This document shows positions 9,017 through 21,002 of a DNA stretch of 64,000 bases, piece by piece. Positions within the stretch are counted from its first letter, which is position 1. Every line of letters starts with the position of its first letter. Under the pieces are notes generated by a model. That model worked only from the letters and a program-made list of their open reading frames with translations. It did no database searches and had not been told where the DNA came from. The stretch is from Salisapilia sapeloensis CBS 127946 (taxonomy: Eukaryota > Protista > Oomycota), in assembly GCA_023334545.1 (NCBI GenBank), contig JAADVB010000054.1:24063-88062 (forward strand), given 5' to 3'. The translations under genes were made by a program, and so were the position numbers.

Positions 9017-9214
9017 CGTTTCCTTCTCCTCCCACCCAAAGCTAAAGATAGTGCGATCGTCGTGTCAACCAGCACATGTCAAGTTTACGTCATGTGGATC
9101 ATGATGGGTACAAACGTCACAGAAATATAAAAAAACCTTCAGAACACATAAATTAAAAGGTTGTACGAAGCGGTCCATTTCGCAACTCGATTTCGGAGGA
9201 GACGAGTAGCTCGG

Positions 9215-10105
9215 ATGATGCAGGAGCCGGAGGAAGCTGAAACCGCGGCTGACCAAGCGTTGGAGCTCGTGCGAGACAGGTCGGACACGGAGGAGTTCCC
9301 GATGCATGAAGAGTGCACGGCCATTCTCACGATGAAGTGTGGCGAGCCTCGCATGGCTGTTCGGAAGAAATTGCATGAGGAAATTCCAATCACGTTTCGA
9401 CCAGACGAAGGCTTTGGCGTCTTCCAGAGTAAAGTCGAGCGTCATTTCTCGAAAATCAGTCCGTCGTACGTCCAGGAGAAGCGTGGTATCTACCTAAAGC
9501 CATCGACGAACGCGACGCAGAGCAAGTACGTTTTACTGACCAAGGACAATTTCATGGCGTTATTACGAAATCGATGGAAGATGTGCAAGAGTATGAAAGT
9601 TGAGTTAAAGTACGACATCTTTTGCTACTTTGTCGACGCGACAGAACGACGTGGGAGGAAACCCACCAAGACGTTCCAGAAACAGCTTCTCGCATCGCAG
9701 AATACGACACCAGCGTCTGCAATCGCACCGGACAATGCTACCTTTTTATCCATCATGTCGCCTCTTTTGTCAGGTCATTCGATCTCTCAAGCCGTACAAA
9801 ACTTTGGCGAGGCAGCAGCAACCGGTGCGCCGATGCTTCCATCAGATAAGAAGTTACACGGCAGTGACTCACCGTCGCTGTCTGCCAACGGCCGTGACAC
9901 GACCGGCTTGTCGAATTTGCATGAAAGTGATAGTGACCGGCCGCGGAAAGCCGCGCGAGTAGAAGGTCGCTTCCAGAGTATCCCGTTCCGAGTGAACGGC
10001 GTTGTGCTGCCATTGGAAGTGGATGTGATTGCACTTCGAAGGGCGATTGGACTGGAATTACCGGAAGGACAGGATCCAGAGACGACGCCAGATGCAGAGA
10101 TATAA
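9215..10105 (+). CDS. Uncharacterised protein of about 296 aa resembling an oomycete-specific hypothetical family
   Basis: Long ORF. First ATG at 9215 (the track start at 9161 is TTG). Motifs IYLKPSTNATQSKY and IPFRVNGVVLPLEVDVIALRRAIGL. Confidence 0.75.
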   Translation: MMQEPEEAETAADQALELVRDRSDTEEFPMHEECTAILTMKCGEPRMAVRKKLHEEIPITFRPDEGFGVFQSKVERHFSKISPSYVQEKRGIYLKPSTNATQSKYVLLTKDNFMALLRNRWKMCKSMKVELKYDIFCYFVDATERRGRKPTKTFQKQLLASQNTTPASAIAPDNATFLSIMSPLLSGHSISQAVQNFGEAAATGAPMLPSDKKLHGSDSPSLSANGRDTTGLSNLHESDSDRPRKAARVEGRFQSIPFRVNGVVLPLEVDVIALRRAIGLELPEGQDPETTPDAEI

Positions 10106-10150
10106 GATTTTTTTCGAATGAAACAGTTTACGACAAAGAGTTGACCATGT

Positions 10151-11409
10151 TTAGGCGAGTTGGCTACGGATGAAGGTGGAGCTGAGGGTGCTGCTCTCCG
10201 TTCGTCGACATACGTAGATCGACACGTCCGGTAGTTGTCGCTCACGTCGAATGTCATTGATCTTCCGCGCGCCGGAGATGGTTTCAGACGATACGATTAA
10301 AGCTGCTGGATATGGAATCGTGATGGCTGGACCGAAAGGGTCTTCGATCGTCACGATCTCTAGCTCGAGATTCGGACGAAGGAAACGAAGGTATGATTCG
10401 ACCTTTTGTTTCCGTGTGACGATTGACTCGATTAGATGGGCATACTTTTTCTTTTGTAAGAGTGCGTCGGACGTCACACCGACCACCATCTTCCGTTTAC
10501 AGACGCTTAGTGCGAGCGACAAGAGCTTCTTGTGACCGTTATGGAGATGGTCGAACGTTCCGCCGAGGATAGCCTACTATATGATTAGACTAGAGATAGA
10601 CATAAAGAGAGTTTAGCGTACAGTATCGTTTGGTGTGAGTGATTGACTTTCGTCTTCAAAGTAGTGCAGGTCGTTGCCGAGACGACGTTCGATGTGGATG
10701 GCTAAGGGATGGTAGGTGACGGCGTAGAGACCGTCGTGTTCAAAGCGTTTGGCATTTAACCGTTGTACGTCTTCGTATGCGTCTTCTCCAAAGACTGCGT
10801 TGAGCTCAGGCAGTTCCACTAGCTCTTCCCAAGACCGATATGGAGGAGAGGTAAAGCCTCCGATGATCCTAGTTGCATGCTTTAGTGTCATTCGAGATAC
10901 GCATAATAGAGTATAGTACTTGACGTCTAGCAGAGGTCGACCTTGGGTGCATAGAATGTCCCATACGAGTGCATAGAGCTCGCTAGTGTAATTGACGATC
11001 TCATGTCGGTCTGCTCCATCAACAAACACGAGAAGTGTCTGAGATACTCGATGGATGGACTGCTCTAATAGGACATCATTCTTGACCAAGTCACTAGGAC
11101 AATGCTTAGATTATTCTGTCTTGGATTAGGATAGGATAGGAAGGAGTACCGAAAGTTGCGAGGAACGTGGACACGCACGAGACCGGTTTGGACACGAGAC
11201 GCATCGTTCGAGGAGTTACTGGCGTTCTGGTGACGGCCGACTTTGTGTTTGTGGAAACTGGAGATGCCGACAACCGTGCAGATACCCAAGGCCACTGCAA
11301 CGAGCGTTCCTGGACTCCCGAGCGCAGCAGACGAAGCACCTGAGCCTGATACCTTCATTAGTCGTTTATGCATTATCTTCTGGCCGACAGCATAGCTGTT
11401 TAAGGACAT
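10151..11409 (-). CDS. Phosphopantetheine adenylyltransferase (cytidylyltransferase family), multi-exon
   Basis: After a TAG acceptor at 10574 the exon reads AILGGTFDHLHNGHKKLL (HxGH motif), then DPFGP, VSSETISG and LSSTFIR. Upstream exons are 10613-11089 and 11065-11409, the latter with a TM segment. Confidence 0.88.
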
Positions 11410-11657
11410 TTGCTAACGCCACCGACCACTTGTACCCGACAAAATAGATTTAGAAAATGTTTTCCAGTCGTCATCTAAAGTAATAACGAGAAATGAAGAC
11501 GCATATATCTACCTGTCAAAGCACATCTGGTACTTCTGCATGTAGTAGAGATTTATACGAGTACGAAATAGTGGTCCGTCTCATATTGGTCGGTATTCGT
11601 AGCATTCCTAACTAAAACTATCCATCACACGAAAGAGTTTGTATCAAAAGTAGCCTT

Positions 11658-13433
11658 ATGATCAAAGTAGAAAGCGGAAGCGGACGAAGGATGAGCACAA
11701 CGGCCTTTTCCATCGGACCACGCTGGTCGCACGATGAGCTGTATCTATTTTTTCGTCTTGTGAAAGAGTTCGGACCGCGCTTTCAAGACATTGCCGATAG
11801 TCTTCCGCTCCGGACCGAGGCCATGGTCTCGTCGTTGTATGAAATGCATCGTGGTTATCTTTCGCTGTCGGAAGCCTCCGCGGAAGGCTTTTGCACCATC
11901 TTGAAGGACTATTATACTGCACAGCAGTCTCCCCATCCACGTGCTAGTGAAGATGGCACGTCAGACAACTCGAACGGGCAAAATCAGCAGTCAAATGATG
12001 CTACCACAGCTCCGATCACCGTATCCTCTGTCTCGAGAGAGCCTCTACTACGTGGAAAGGTATTTATCTGCATACATTCCATTGTATCTATTCGTATCTA
12101 AGCTTCCATGGGTAGAGTAAGCTTTTAAAGAGTCGAAACCCAAGTCCATCACGCCGATACACGGATCTCGAGGCGCTTCTATCGCCCAAGTACGACCTTC
12201 CATGGTTCTACTGGTTTGATTCTTTCCTCGACATGGGTTTCCTCTCTGTCAACGAATTCCAAAGCTGCCTGCATTCGATGGGCATTGCGAAATTAACCAA
12301 GGCTCCAAGACCTGTATGGGCATCGATTCGAGCATCCATGGGCAAGCCACGTCGACTGAGCAAGAGCTTTCTAGAGCTCGAACGAGGCAAATTAGAACGA
12401 GATCGAATGAAGCAAGTATTCATCGAAGACGCATCGAATGTACGCCATCTATAATGCCTAGCTAGTCTACCTGATCCTCATAAGAGCTAATAGGGATCTA
12501 AGAAACGCAAGACGAGTCGGAGCAAGCTACTGCCGGAACAGCAACCTGTAATCGGTAAGTTGGTTCTGAACCGTCACCTAGCGCGTACTTATGATCTGAA
12601 TAGTTCAATTCATGCCGAACGATCCTGCGTATGCATCTGTGACACCAACTTTCCATCCCGTCCGCTTCCATGTCGGCACGGTTCTTGATCCGAACGTCAG
12701 GCATGATCAGTGCTTGGTACAATTATCAGATCCGTCGGTCGTCGTCACACGTCCTCTATCGACCGTTATGCCGTACAATCCTCGGAAACGTCGGTTACGC
12801 AAGCAGGAGATGATAACGGATGAAGTGGCGGTGCCCGCGCCCTCGTATCCAGATGTTCTGCATCAATATTTGACCGCGAAAGATTTGTTAGCGAGGAAGT
12901 GGAGTCTCCTGCAGCATCTTTCGCGGTTAAATGCTCAGCATCAAGCCGTACATCCGCGTCCGTCAGCTCCTGTCGAGCAAGTGCTGCAATTTGCCTGTGC
13001 GCACGTCGAGTCGACGGATGATCGTGCGTGGCTTCTAGCAAATCTAGATGCGACCAACCGAGCGTTACGGTCTGTGCTGCAACAGCTGCGTCATGCGCAT
13101 GCAGAAAACGAGCGGGACGAGAGCCAGATGACTTTGAATTTACACGAGATGCGGTGGGCGAGCACCTTTCTCGCGAGAAGCCAGCGCCAGGCGTTGGCGA
13201 TGGCAAGGCGAATGCAAAGCGATCGTGAGGCGGGTCTCGGGGACAACATCACGGAACTTATTGCCAATTGTGTCTGTCTCATGAGCGTTATCCAAGTCTG
13301 TGCGAGTCAATCCATCCCGCAGAATGTTGAAGCGAAGCTTGTAGGCCGTGTTCTGGAGCTACTAGCGCCGGTGCACGGTGATAATGTAGGGTTATATGAG
13401 GAAGTACGGGGTGCCGTGGCAGGGTTTCTCTAG
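11658..13433 (+). CDS. LIN9: LIN9/ALWAYS EARLY-like DREAM complex subunit (Myb-like, DIRP and Tudor-like regions), multi-exon
   Basis: GPRWSHDELYLFFRLVKEFG. The exon after the acceptor at 12115 reads LPWFYWFDSFLDMGFLSVNEF...W..IRASMGKPRRLS..FL..ER.KL (DIRP). Also RFHVGTVL and a C-terminal helical domain. Confidence 0.85.
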
Positions 13434-13793
13434 CTATCAAGTGGGCATGTAAATAGAGGCAGGACGATATTTTCATGGATGCGATGTCCCATTTTTTCAT
13501 AAGCCATCACAGGTTTCTGAACGCGTTCGCGGGTAGTTCGAGTGGAAAGAGACTGACCAAACTTCCCCATCGTTCGGTATCACGCTTCATCACTGGCTTC
13601 TTTCTCTCTTGAGTTTGTATACACTAGCGTGAGCATCGTCCTGTTGCTGCCACGATCTTCGACATCCACAGGGATAAAGAAAGGAGGTGGAGGAGTAAGT
13701 CACATTGAATTCCAAACGAATTGTGCTCAGCTTTACTTTTGAAATCAGCGGCAAATCGCTACCGTCAAGTGAAGAATAAAGAACAGCGAGACC

Positions 13794-16085
13794 ATGGCGA
13801 GTGGACCAATGTGGATACTTTGCCTCGCCATTGTCGCAATATGGACTTGTAGTTCAGCACAAGAGTCGGCTAGTAATTCTCAATCGAGTGCCTCAAGTGA
13901 TGACGACATTGCAGGTAAAGACCGGAAAGTCTTGGACGTGTTAAAAACGACGTCGGGGCTCGAGCCTTGGGTCGATATCAATACCCCGGATGACGTCAAG
14001 ACCTACCAAACGTCGCGAGGTGAGACTTGGCATCTCGTCATGTCGGACGAGTTCACCGACACCAATCGCAGTTTCAAGCCCGGGGAAGATCACTTTATTA
14101 CTTCATTAGAGAAACCGGACGGTGTCAATGGCGCCGTTGAAATCTACTCGCATAACATGACGAGCATCCAATGCGACGAAGAAGATGGGGAAGAAATGTG
14201 CTACTTGCAGATAAAAACCATTGACGAAGTGACTGTCTTGTCCGTCTACAATCTGTACACGCGTCCACCTTCGTATCAGAATTCGACTTTCTACTATCGC
14301 TCCGGCATGCTCCAGTCCTGGAACAAGTTTTGCTTCCGAGGAGGCATGCTCGAGTTCCGAGCCAAGATGCCTGGTGCCATCACGGAAGAAAGCGGGAACC
14401 CAGACATCTACCTCGGTTCGTCTGGTCGAGCGCTTAATATCGAGTACTACCCGACCTGGCCTGGTCTGTGGATTATGGGGAACCTCGGTCGAGCCATTTT
14501 CTCTGCTTCCACCTACCGCATGTGGCCATTTACGTATGACGAGTGCAATAACAAGGCGTTTGACTCATCCAACCAACGCATCAGTGCCTGTGATTCGAAT
14601 CCTGGCCATGGCTTGAATCCGAACCAAGGACGTGGTGCTCCTGAAATTGATATCCTAGAAGGTGGCGGGACAGAGATCTCGTCGTCGATTCAATTAGGAC
14701 CAGGCATGCCGATGAAATACCGTCTGAAGACACCGAACAAGACGTACGACGGATCGGACGAGTCATGCTTTTACGCTCGAACGTGTAAGACGCCTGGTGC
14801 GAATGATCCGAATGTCCCGACGAAACTGTACAAGGAACGAGATTATCAGACATGGTATGCTGGTATGCGCTATGCTCCAAACCCGTACTGTGTCCTGTGG
14901 GGCAACTGGACTCAGAGTTGGGATGTCGTGAAGAACACGATGAAGACCGGGATCACGGAAAACAAGTGTGACTTGACGAATTGTCCGTTCTCCAAGGACG
15001 TTCTCGGTGATACGGGCTACATTGACGGAGATAAGTCGAAAGGTCGATGGGGTATTAACTCGGAAGGTGCTTGCTATCCTGTCATGAACGGATATAGAGG
15101 AACGTACTTGTGTGATCCGGATAGCACGGATGAGAATTGTCCTGAGCCGCGAAATTCGTCGACGCCAAAGACAGATACGATGGAGCCATTCAACTACCGT
15201 ATGGATGCTCTGTCTGCGAATTGGGATGCCCATATGGGTGTCTACATGGACTTCCAGAACTATCAGTTGGAATGGGTACTTGGTGACGAAGGGTACGTTC
15301 GTTGGCAGTTGAATGGCGTTCCGATCTACGAGATTCCATCCGAGACGATCACGAATATCGGACAAGACGCAGACGAAACGAATCCGAATAAGATTCCAGT
15401 GGAAGAACCCATGTACATTATCATGAACGTTGCCATTAGTCAGCAATGGGGTGCCTTCCCACCGAACATTGGTAAGCGTTGTCGAGGCGATGGGAAGGAT
15501 GAGAAGGCGAATCGTATCTGTGACTCGTTCCCCATGTACATGAAGGTCGATCACATTCGGCTGTATCAGGACAATAGTGGTAGCATGAGTCTCGGCTGCG
15601 ATCCGAACTCCCATCCGACTCGCAAGTGGATCCAGGACCACATTGACGACTATGAAGACCCAGACAATCTGCACATCGACGTCCATGGCGGAGCAACGTG
15701 CAAGACCAATGACGATTGTAGTATCCCATACACTCCCTCGACCATGTTCCAGACAGGCTACTGCGGTGACAACGGCCGATGTTCGTGCTCGACGCAGTAC
15801 TATGGCGGTCCACGCTGCACGACGCAGCTGGAGGAAGTGGACTCGACGGGTCTCGTCCAGATCTCGAGCTACGGCCCGCCTATGTCCTTATCGATCGCGT
15901 ACGCTAGCTGCGCGTGGATCGCGACGATCGTCGTGATCATCATATATAGTATCAAGCGCAGGAAGGAACGATTAGCCAAGTTTGAAAAGGAAGAGAAGCT
16001 GCGTATGCGCAAAGAGTATGACATTACGCCATCGAGTGCCAAGACTCCAAATGGTTTTGACAAGTTCGATGAGCCACGTACGTAG
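13794..16085 (+). CDS. KRE6: KRE6/SKN1-type beta-glucan synthesis-associated GH16 membrane protein, 763 aa
   Basis: Signal peptide, LVMSDEF, YRSGMLQSWNKFCF.GG, WPGLWIMGNLGRA, catalytic APEIDILE (ExDxxE), PMYIIMN, an EGF-like Cys region and a C-terminal TM helix. Confidence 0.93.
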   Translation: MASGPMWILCLAIVAIWTCSSAQESASNSQSSASSDDDIAGKDRKVLDVLKTTSGLEPWVDINTPDDVKTYQTSRGETWHLVMSDEFTDTNRSFKPGEDHFITSLEKPDGVNGAVEIYSHNMTSIQCDEEDGEEMCYLQIKTIDEVTVLSVYNLYTRPPSYQNSTFYYRSGMLQSWNKFCFRGGMLEFRAKMPGAITEESGNPDIYLGSSGRALNIEYYPTWPGLWIMGNLGRAIFSASTYRMWPFTYDECNNKAFDSSNQRISACDSNPGHGLNPNQGRGAPEIDILEGGGTEISSSIQLGPGMPMKYRLKTPNKTYDGSDESCFYARTCKTPGANDPNVPTKLYKERDYQTWYAGMRYAPNPYCVLWGNWTQSWDVVKNTMKTGITENKCDLTNCPFSKDVLGDTGYIDGDKSKGRWGINSEGACYPVMNGYRGTYLCDPDSTDENCPEPRNSSTPKTDTMEPFNYRMDALSANWDAHMGVYMDFQNYQLEWVLGDEGYVRWQLNGVPIYEIPSETITNIGQDADETNPNKIPVEEPMYIIMNVAISQQWGAFPPNIGKRCRGDGKDEKANRICDSFPMYMKVDHIRLYQDNSGSMSLGCDPNSHPTRKWIQDHIDDYEDPDNLHIDVHGGATCKTNDDCSIPYTPSTMFQTGYCGDNGRCSCSTQYYGGPRCTTQLEEVDSTGLVQISSYGPPMSLSIAYASCAWIATIVVIIIYSIKRRKERLAKFEKEEKLRMRKEYDITPSSAKTPNGFDKFDEPRT

Positions 16086-16140
16086 GGTAAGAAACAAGCT
16101 TGTATTTCTTGTGTTTTTCCTTTTCAATCATCATGTTTGT

Positions 16141-17715
16141 CTACGCGTGGAGCTTTTCCGCTCGACGGAAGAGTGTGTCGACAACACCACCAACATTTTC
16201 AATCACGCCGAGACCTGTTGTATACGTCTGATCGTCTTGCGTGTCATCGTACACGATGAGTTGTCCTTTGCCTTGGTCCAAGATGCCGTGGAACTTGTGG
16301 TCCAAGATCATTTGAGACAGCTTGAGCTGCACTTGCGTCAACGGCAGTTGGATGAGCTCCGCGACGTGCGAGATTTCGACACAGGAGAACGGCTGGATGA
16401 TCTTGATCAAGTTCGTTTCCAACAATTGTTCGTACAGCTTGTCCAAGTGCGACTTGATAAGAGGATCATGCACGAGCTGCGCTTCGTACTTGCTCGTAGC
16501 AGCCTCAAACATCTCGAGAGATCGCTTCTCGTGCGCCTTGCCGACTGCCTGCAGCGCTTCGACGTCAATACCGAGGAACTTGAGTGCCTGTTTGCCATTG
16601 ACGATGCTGTTGAGCTCGCTCGCGCCGCCACTGGCCACCTTGGACAGCATCATGTACTTGAGGCAGCGCATGGCTTCGTCTTCATCCATGCTAGCGAGTG
16701 CCTCGAAGGCTTCGAAAAAGTACGAGTACGCCGTCTTGTAGTCGTGCTCTTCGGCGTGGAGAATGCCGGACATTTGATCGATTTGCGCCTGCGTGCGTGG
16801 CACGATATAGATGGCGTTCGAGATACTGCGTGCAGCCGTAAGGGCTGCCTTGGCCTTGGGGATGTTACGCAAAGCGTGCTGGAGTTTGCACTCGACGAGA
16901 TGGATCTCAACGAGCAGTTGCTTGTCGTCCAGTTTTTTAATCTCGCGCAAAAGCTTGTCGATCAATTCAAGCGCTGGCTGATACTTGTGCTGCTGGAAGT
17001 AGCTGTGGCAATTGTTTAGTTAGGTTTGCACAGTAGTGGAAGACGGTGGGACGTACATGGAAGCGAGACGAGATTCAACACGCTGACGAAGGAACGTGTG
17101 CTTCTCTTGGTTGCACCATTCGATCGAGTCGAGGCACAAGTCGGCTTGTAGCTGCAATGCTTTTTCACTGTCGAGCACTTGGACCTTGGCGACCATATCG
17201 ATGACCGTGCGGACTAGTAGGCATGCGTGAGGTCGACAACGGATAGAAAAGTATATGATAACATACCGATTTTGCCCGTTTTGGCTTTCGGAAGTGTCAT
17301 GAAGAATGGACGTAGAGACTGTAGTAACGTCGCAAGCTCCTTTTCACGTCTATACATGCTGCATGAGTACATTTGAATACAATCGAGTAGAAAATGCAAC
17401 CAGTACCCGTATTGGATGTAAAGCTGGCTGAGCTTGTAGATGGCATGTTCCTTGACACGCTGTACAACTTCCTCCGAACCATCGTCCATCTCCTCTGTTC
17501 AAGTGTATTTATAAGTATACGAGATAGCATGGTTGTCTCGGACTGAAGATCTTACCGTAAGCAATGATCGACTGATAGCTCTCAATGGCCTTCGATGGGT
17601 CGGATGACGCCGTTAGTGTATCCGTGATTTCGTTCGTGTCCTCTAGACGAGTCTGCAATGGGTGCTCTTCTTCCCCTGTCGAGATAGTCATCTCCACGTC
17701 CTGTACTTCAGCCAT
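16141..17715 (-). CDS. RPN6: 26S proteasome regulatory subunit RPN6/PSMD11, multi-exon
   Basis: LLREIKKLDDKQLLVEIHLVE, AKAALTAARS, DYKTAYSYFFEAFE and a PCI domain (QVQLKLSQMILDHKFHGILDQG). Upstream exons include KEHAIYKL and LPKAKTGKI with GT-AG introns. Confidence 0.95.
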
Positions 17716-17856
17716 GGTCGACGCTTCCTTCTTCGTGCTTTTCTGCTTGTTAGTGTGTCGGATAGATCGTTCTCATGTCACTGGCTAAAAAGATAAATTA
17801 AAAGCTATGATTGGAGGATATTAGATTTCCGAAGAAAAGAAAAACATTTATTTTCT

Positions 17857-20817
17857 TTACAAGGCTGGTAGGGATTGGGAAGTTACCATCGACCCTCTTT
17901 CTCCGCTTACTTGATTTGCCCATGTTGCATTCACATCTACAGATGGATCTCCATTTGTGTTTGGAATACTAGTCTTGGTGTCGAATCCAGGATCCGCGAT
18001 GTCTTCATCAGGAACGGACTCGAGACCTTCCAAAACTTCCAACTCATCTCCTCGACTGGAATTTGATATCTTGGATGCAACGCGACTACTTCCTGTCGCT
18101 TTTGGCATGCGAAAGCCTCCACGATATACACTAGTAGAATTTGGCGAGAATGCAGATCGACTAGATTCCAAATCACTCAATAGTTCCGGCGTCGATATCG
18201 AATCTGATGAGCCAGAAAACTTTCGTCGATTGGACATGGAGCTCACTCTTCTAGAATGACTACTGGCTATTGGCGTAGCTGCCAGACGCTTGGCATCCAA
18301 GAAGGTAGCATTCTGTAGCAAACTTGTTTGACCATCGTCTTCGCCGCCAGCACTACCTACGTTAAATCCTCCCATCGTCCTGCGTTTCATACTTGCATCC
18401 ATCATGTTGTAAAGCGTTTGAATATAAATCTCTCGTCTATCAAGTGAACTTTTGTCGAATTGCTCTCCGATGTTTTTGTTGTTCATGATCTTGGCCTTGA
18501 TCTTCCCTTTGATCCGATCGATCAACGTCGTCTGGTTCTCCAGCATCAAGACCTCCATCTGGTTCTGATCTACTACTTCCTTGTTGCTTCCCGTCAGCAA
18601 CACTTCATGTTCTGCACGTGCCACGATCAGGTCAGCAAAGAACTGACAGTTCTTCACTATGAGCTGTTGCTGCCGTTCATTGAACTGCTTTCTGGTCACC
18701 GAATTGTGCTTGTTATTACCCTCGCCTGATCGTGTGCTTTGTTTGCTACTACTTCTCGCGGAAATCTCAAACTTCCAACATTCACTTACGAAGCTGTCAC
18801 TAAGTCGTTCTAGCTCTCGGTTCATGTCGACGAGATCCATATTGCGGACAGACGACCTTGCTACTGTTTCCTGAAATTGCTCTTGTTTGTGCTGGAACGA
18901 AGCATACAACGCCTCAACTCTATTGGATTCCTTGTCTACAATGGCCACTAGCTTATCTGTGCACTCCTGAAGCTCCGTCCGAATTTCGGTTTGAAATGTA
19001 ACAATACAAGCGTCGGTTTTATCTTGTCGACAAACCATTTCTTCCTTGGCGGTATGTAAGTCACTTAATGATTCGTTTATACGCATGTTTTCTGTATGCT
19101 GAGTACGAAAGTTCCGGTCGACATCACTTTGGGTTGACTCCAAGTCTCGTCTGATAGCCGAGGTCGTGTCTTCTAACTGAAAGACATTTGTCTTGAGCAT
19201 AGAAATCTCGGTATCTGTGGTTGCAAACGACTTATCCATATCATCTTGCATCCCTTGCGCAGTGCTTTGTATGATTTCAATCAAACCATCCGTTGTCGTT
19301 CGATACTCCTGATTTTCTCTGGCCATAGTGTTCGTTGTTTCCACCAAGCGTTGGAGACCGTATGCAAGTCTCATGCTTTCTTCAGATAAACTGCTCATGT
19401 TCTGTTGTCCTCGTTCAACTGAATCGAGCAGATTAGTGAATTGAGTCGCGTTCTCAGCATCTTGCTCGGTTGTATGTTTATGCAATGCAGCGAGCTTTCG
19501 GGAGGTATCAGATATGCTCAATGTCGTCAGGTCTACTTTTGTGCTTATCGACTTAAGCTCACTGTCCAAGTTGAGATCCTGCACTTCACTCAAGGCATTG
19601 TTTATAACGCTAATTTCCTCACGCAATGTCTCCACAGTTTCCGCGACCTTGTCCGAGACGTATTGCTCTATCTCATTTCGCATGGAAGCTTGAGTCGTTT
19701 GCATGGTTCGGACTTCGTCGATTAGCTGCTCGACCAGTTTCTCTGTTTCCTCAAAACTTACAAGCTTTTCTTCAATGACATTTACAGCACTCGTATTAAT
19801 CTCCACTTTCGTATTTGTGTCTTGTAATTGACTAAAAATATTTTGAGTTCGCTCATCTGCATCAGCTTGAGCTTCCGTAAGGCTATTGAACAGATCTTCT
19901 AGTCGATTGTGCCTTCTATTCATAATTTCTAGACCTTCAGCTGCATTGCTATTGATATCCTCCTGCTCTGAACGCGATTTTAGCAAGTCTTCGAGAATTT
20001 TGTTTGACCGGTCTTCAACTTCGTCCATCATATGATGTCGATCGGTATCTAGTTGATGGGCTATACGCTGCTCAGCACTGATCAAATCATTCGTTGTTAC
20101 ACAAGCTCGAAGGCTTTCGTTTAACTTGTCCATTTGTGATTGCATCATGTCTTCATGCTTATTGTTTCGAGCCTGGACGACTGCATCACGGCGCTTAATT
20201 TCTGACTGAAGTCGATTAACCGTGTCTTTTGCTTCCTGAAATGCACGTGTAAGTGAAGAAAACTCATTTGTTTGCTTGTGAAGATGATCCCAAATCGGTT
20301 TGATAAGTTGGTCGAAATTCTGCTTCACGAGAATCGGAGCTACTCCTTCCTTATTTTCTGCATTCAATTTAAGGATACCAGCATCGCTCTCAGTCGATGT
20401 TCCATTAGCAGCATCTGACGGAGAAGCTTTTAAAGCGACTGAGTTCATCTTGGATATTCCAGTTGACAGTCGATGGTGCGGTGTTGGATTGTACATGCCA
20501 GTGTTTGCTCCACTTCCCGCTGTACTTCGCTGTATGAGCATTTCATGCCGAAGATCAAGTATTTCCTTCTGTAGCTGAGATACCTGTTCCTTGAGAGCAT
20601 GGCACTCAACCACTGCGTCCACATTGCTCGCCACTTCTGTTAACGCTTTCAGTAACCAAGAAGGAAGGGCAGAGCCGCTCAAAAGCTCGTTGCTTTCCAG
20701 TGCCTGAACTCTACTCCGCAGCTTCTGTATTACTTCTACAAGCGATTCTTCGTTAATCAGCAGCTCTGGAGCACTCCTCCATACGAGATGTGTCGAATTT
20801 TGACTCCCAAATTCCAT
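17857..20817 (-). CDS. 986-aa coiled-coil protein of unknown function, intronless
   Basis: Long ORF rich in E/Q/K/L heptads with a Ser-rich disordered C-terminus. No catalytic motif recognised. Confidence 0.85.
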   Translation of the reverse strand: MEFGSQNSTHLVWRSAPELLINEESLVEVIQKLRSRVQALESNELLSGSALPSWLLKALTEVASNVDAVVECHALKEQVSQLQKEILDLRHEMLIQRSTAGSGANTGMYNPTPHHRLSTGISKMNSVALKASPSDAANGTSTESDAGILKLNAENKEGVAPILVKQNFDQLIKPIWDHLHKQTNEFSSLTRAFQEAKDTVNRLQSEIKRRDAVVQARNNKHEDMMQSQMDKLNESLRACVTTNDLISAEQRIAHQLDTDRHHMMDEVEDRSNKILEDLLKSRSEQEDINSNAAEGLEIMNRRHNRLEDLFNSLTEAQADADERTQNIFSQLQDTNTKVEINTSAVNVIEEKLVSFEETEKLVEQLIDEVRTMQTTQASMRNEIEQYVSDKVAETVETLREEISVINNALSEVQDLNLDSELKSISTKVDLTTLSISDTSRKLAALHKHTTEQDAENATQFTNLLDSVERGQQNMSSLSEESMRLAYGLQRLVETTNTMARENQEYRTTTDGLIEIIQSTAQGMQDDMDKSFATTDTEISMLKTNVFQLEDTTSAIRRDLESTQSDVDRNFRTQHTENMRINESLSDLHTAKEEMVCRQDKTDACIVTFQTEIRTELQECTDKLVAIVDKESNRVEALYASFQHKQEQFQETVARSSVRNMDLVDMNRELERLSDSFVSECWKFEISARSSSKQSTRSGEGNNKHNSVTRKQFNERQQQLIVKNCQFFADLIVARAEHEVLLTGSNKEVVDQNQMEVLMLENQTTLIDRIKGKIKAKIMNNKNIGEQFDKSSLDRREIYIQTLYNMMDASMKRRTMGGFNVGSAGGEDDGQTSLLQNATFLDAKRLAATPIASSHSRRVSSMSNRRKFSGSSDSISTPELLSDLESSRSAFSPNSTSVYRGGFRMPKATGSSRVASKISNSSRGDELEVLEGLESVPDEDIADPGFDTKTSIPNTNGDPSVDVNATWANQVSGERGSMVTSQSLPAL

Positions 20818-21002
20818 GACAAAAGTATCCTCGGCTGACTGCTGAGCTACTGGTACATCTAAATGACAATTGATGTATGATTTAATCGCTCCTAATTTAG
20901 AACTTCATCCGTTTCCACACTTTCTTTTCTGCCTTCATCAGCTCAGTTCTTACTTTCATTTCTCCGCAACAGGCGCCTGTGATTGCGCTAGATCGGTAGA
21001 AG

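Noticed and set aside
11120-11140. GGATAGGATAGG mini-repeat
   Set aside because: Two to three copies inside a PPAT intron, as expected by chance.
14763-15686. 307-aa minus-strand ORF inside KRE6
   Set aside because: Antisense shadow of a highly biased coding sequence.
15982-17019. 345-aa + strand ORF antisense to RPN6
   Set aside because: It mirrors the RPN6 frame. Such shadow ORFs arise from G/C-ending codon bias, and it shows no family motif.
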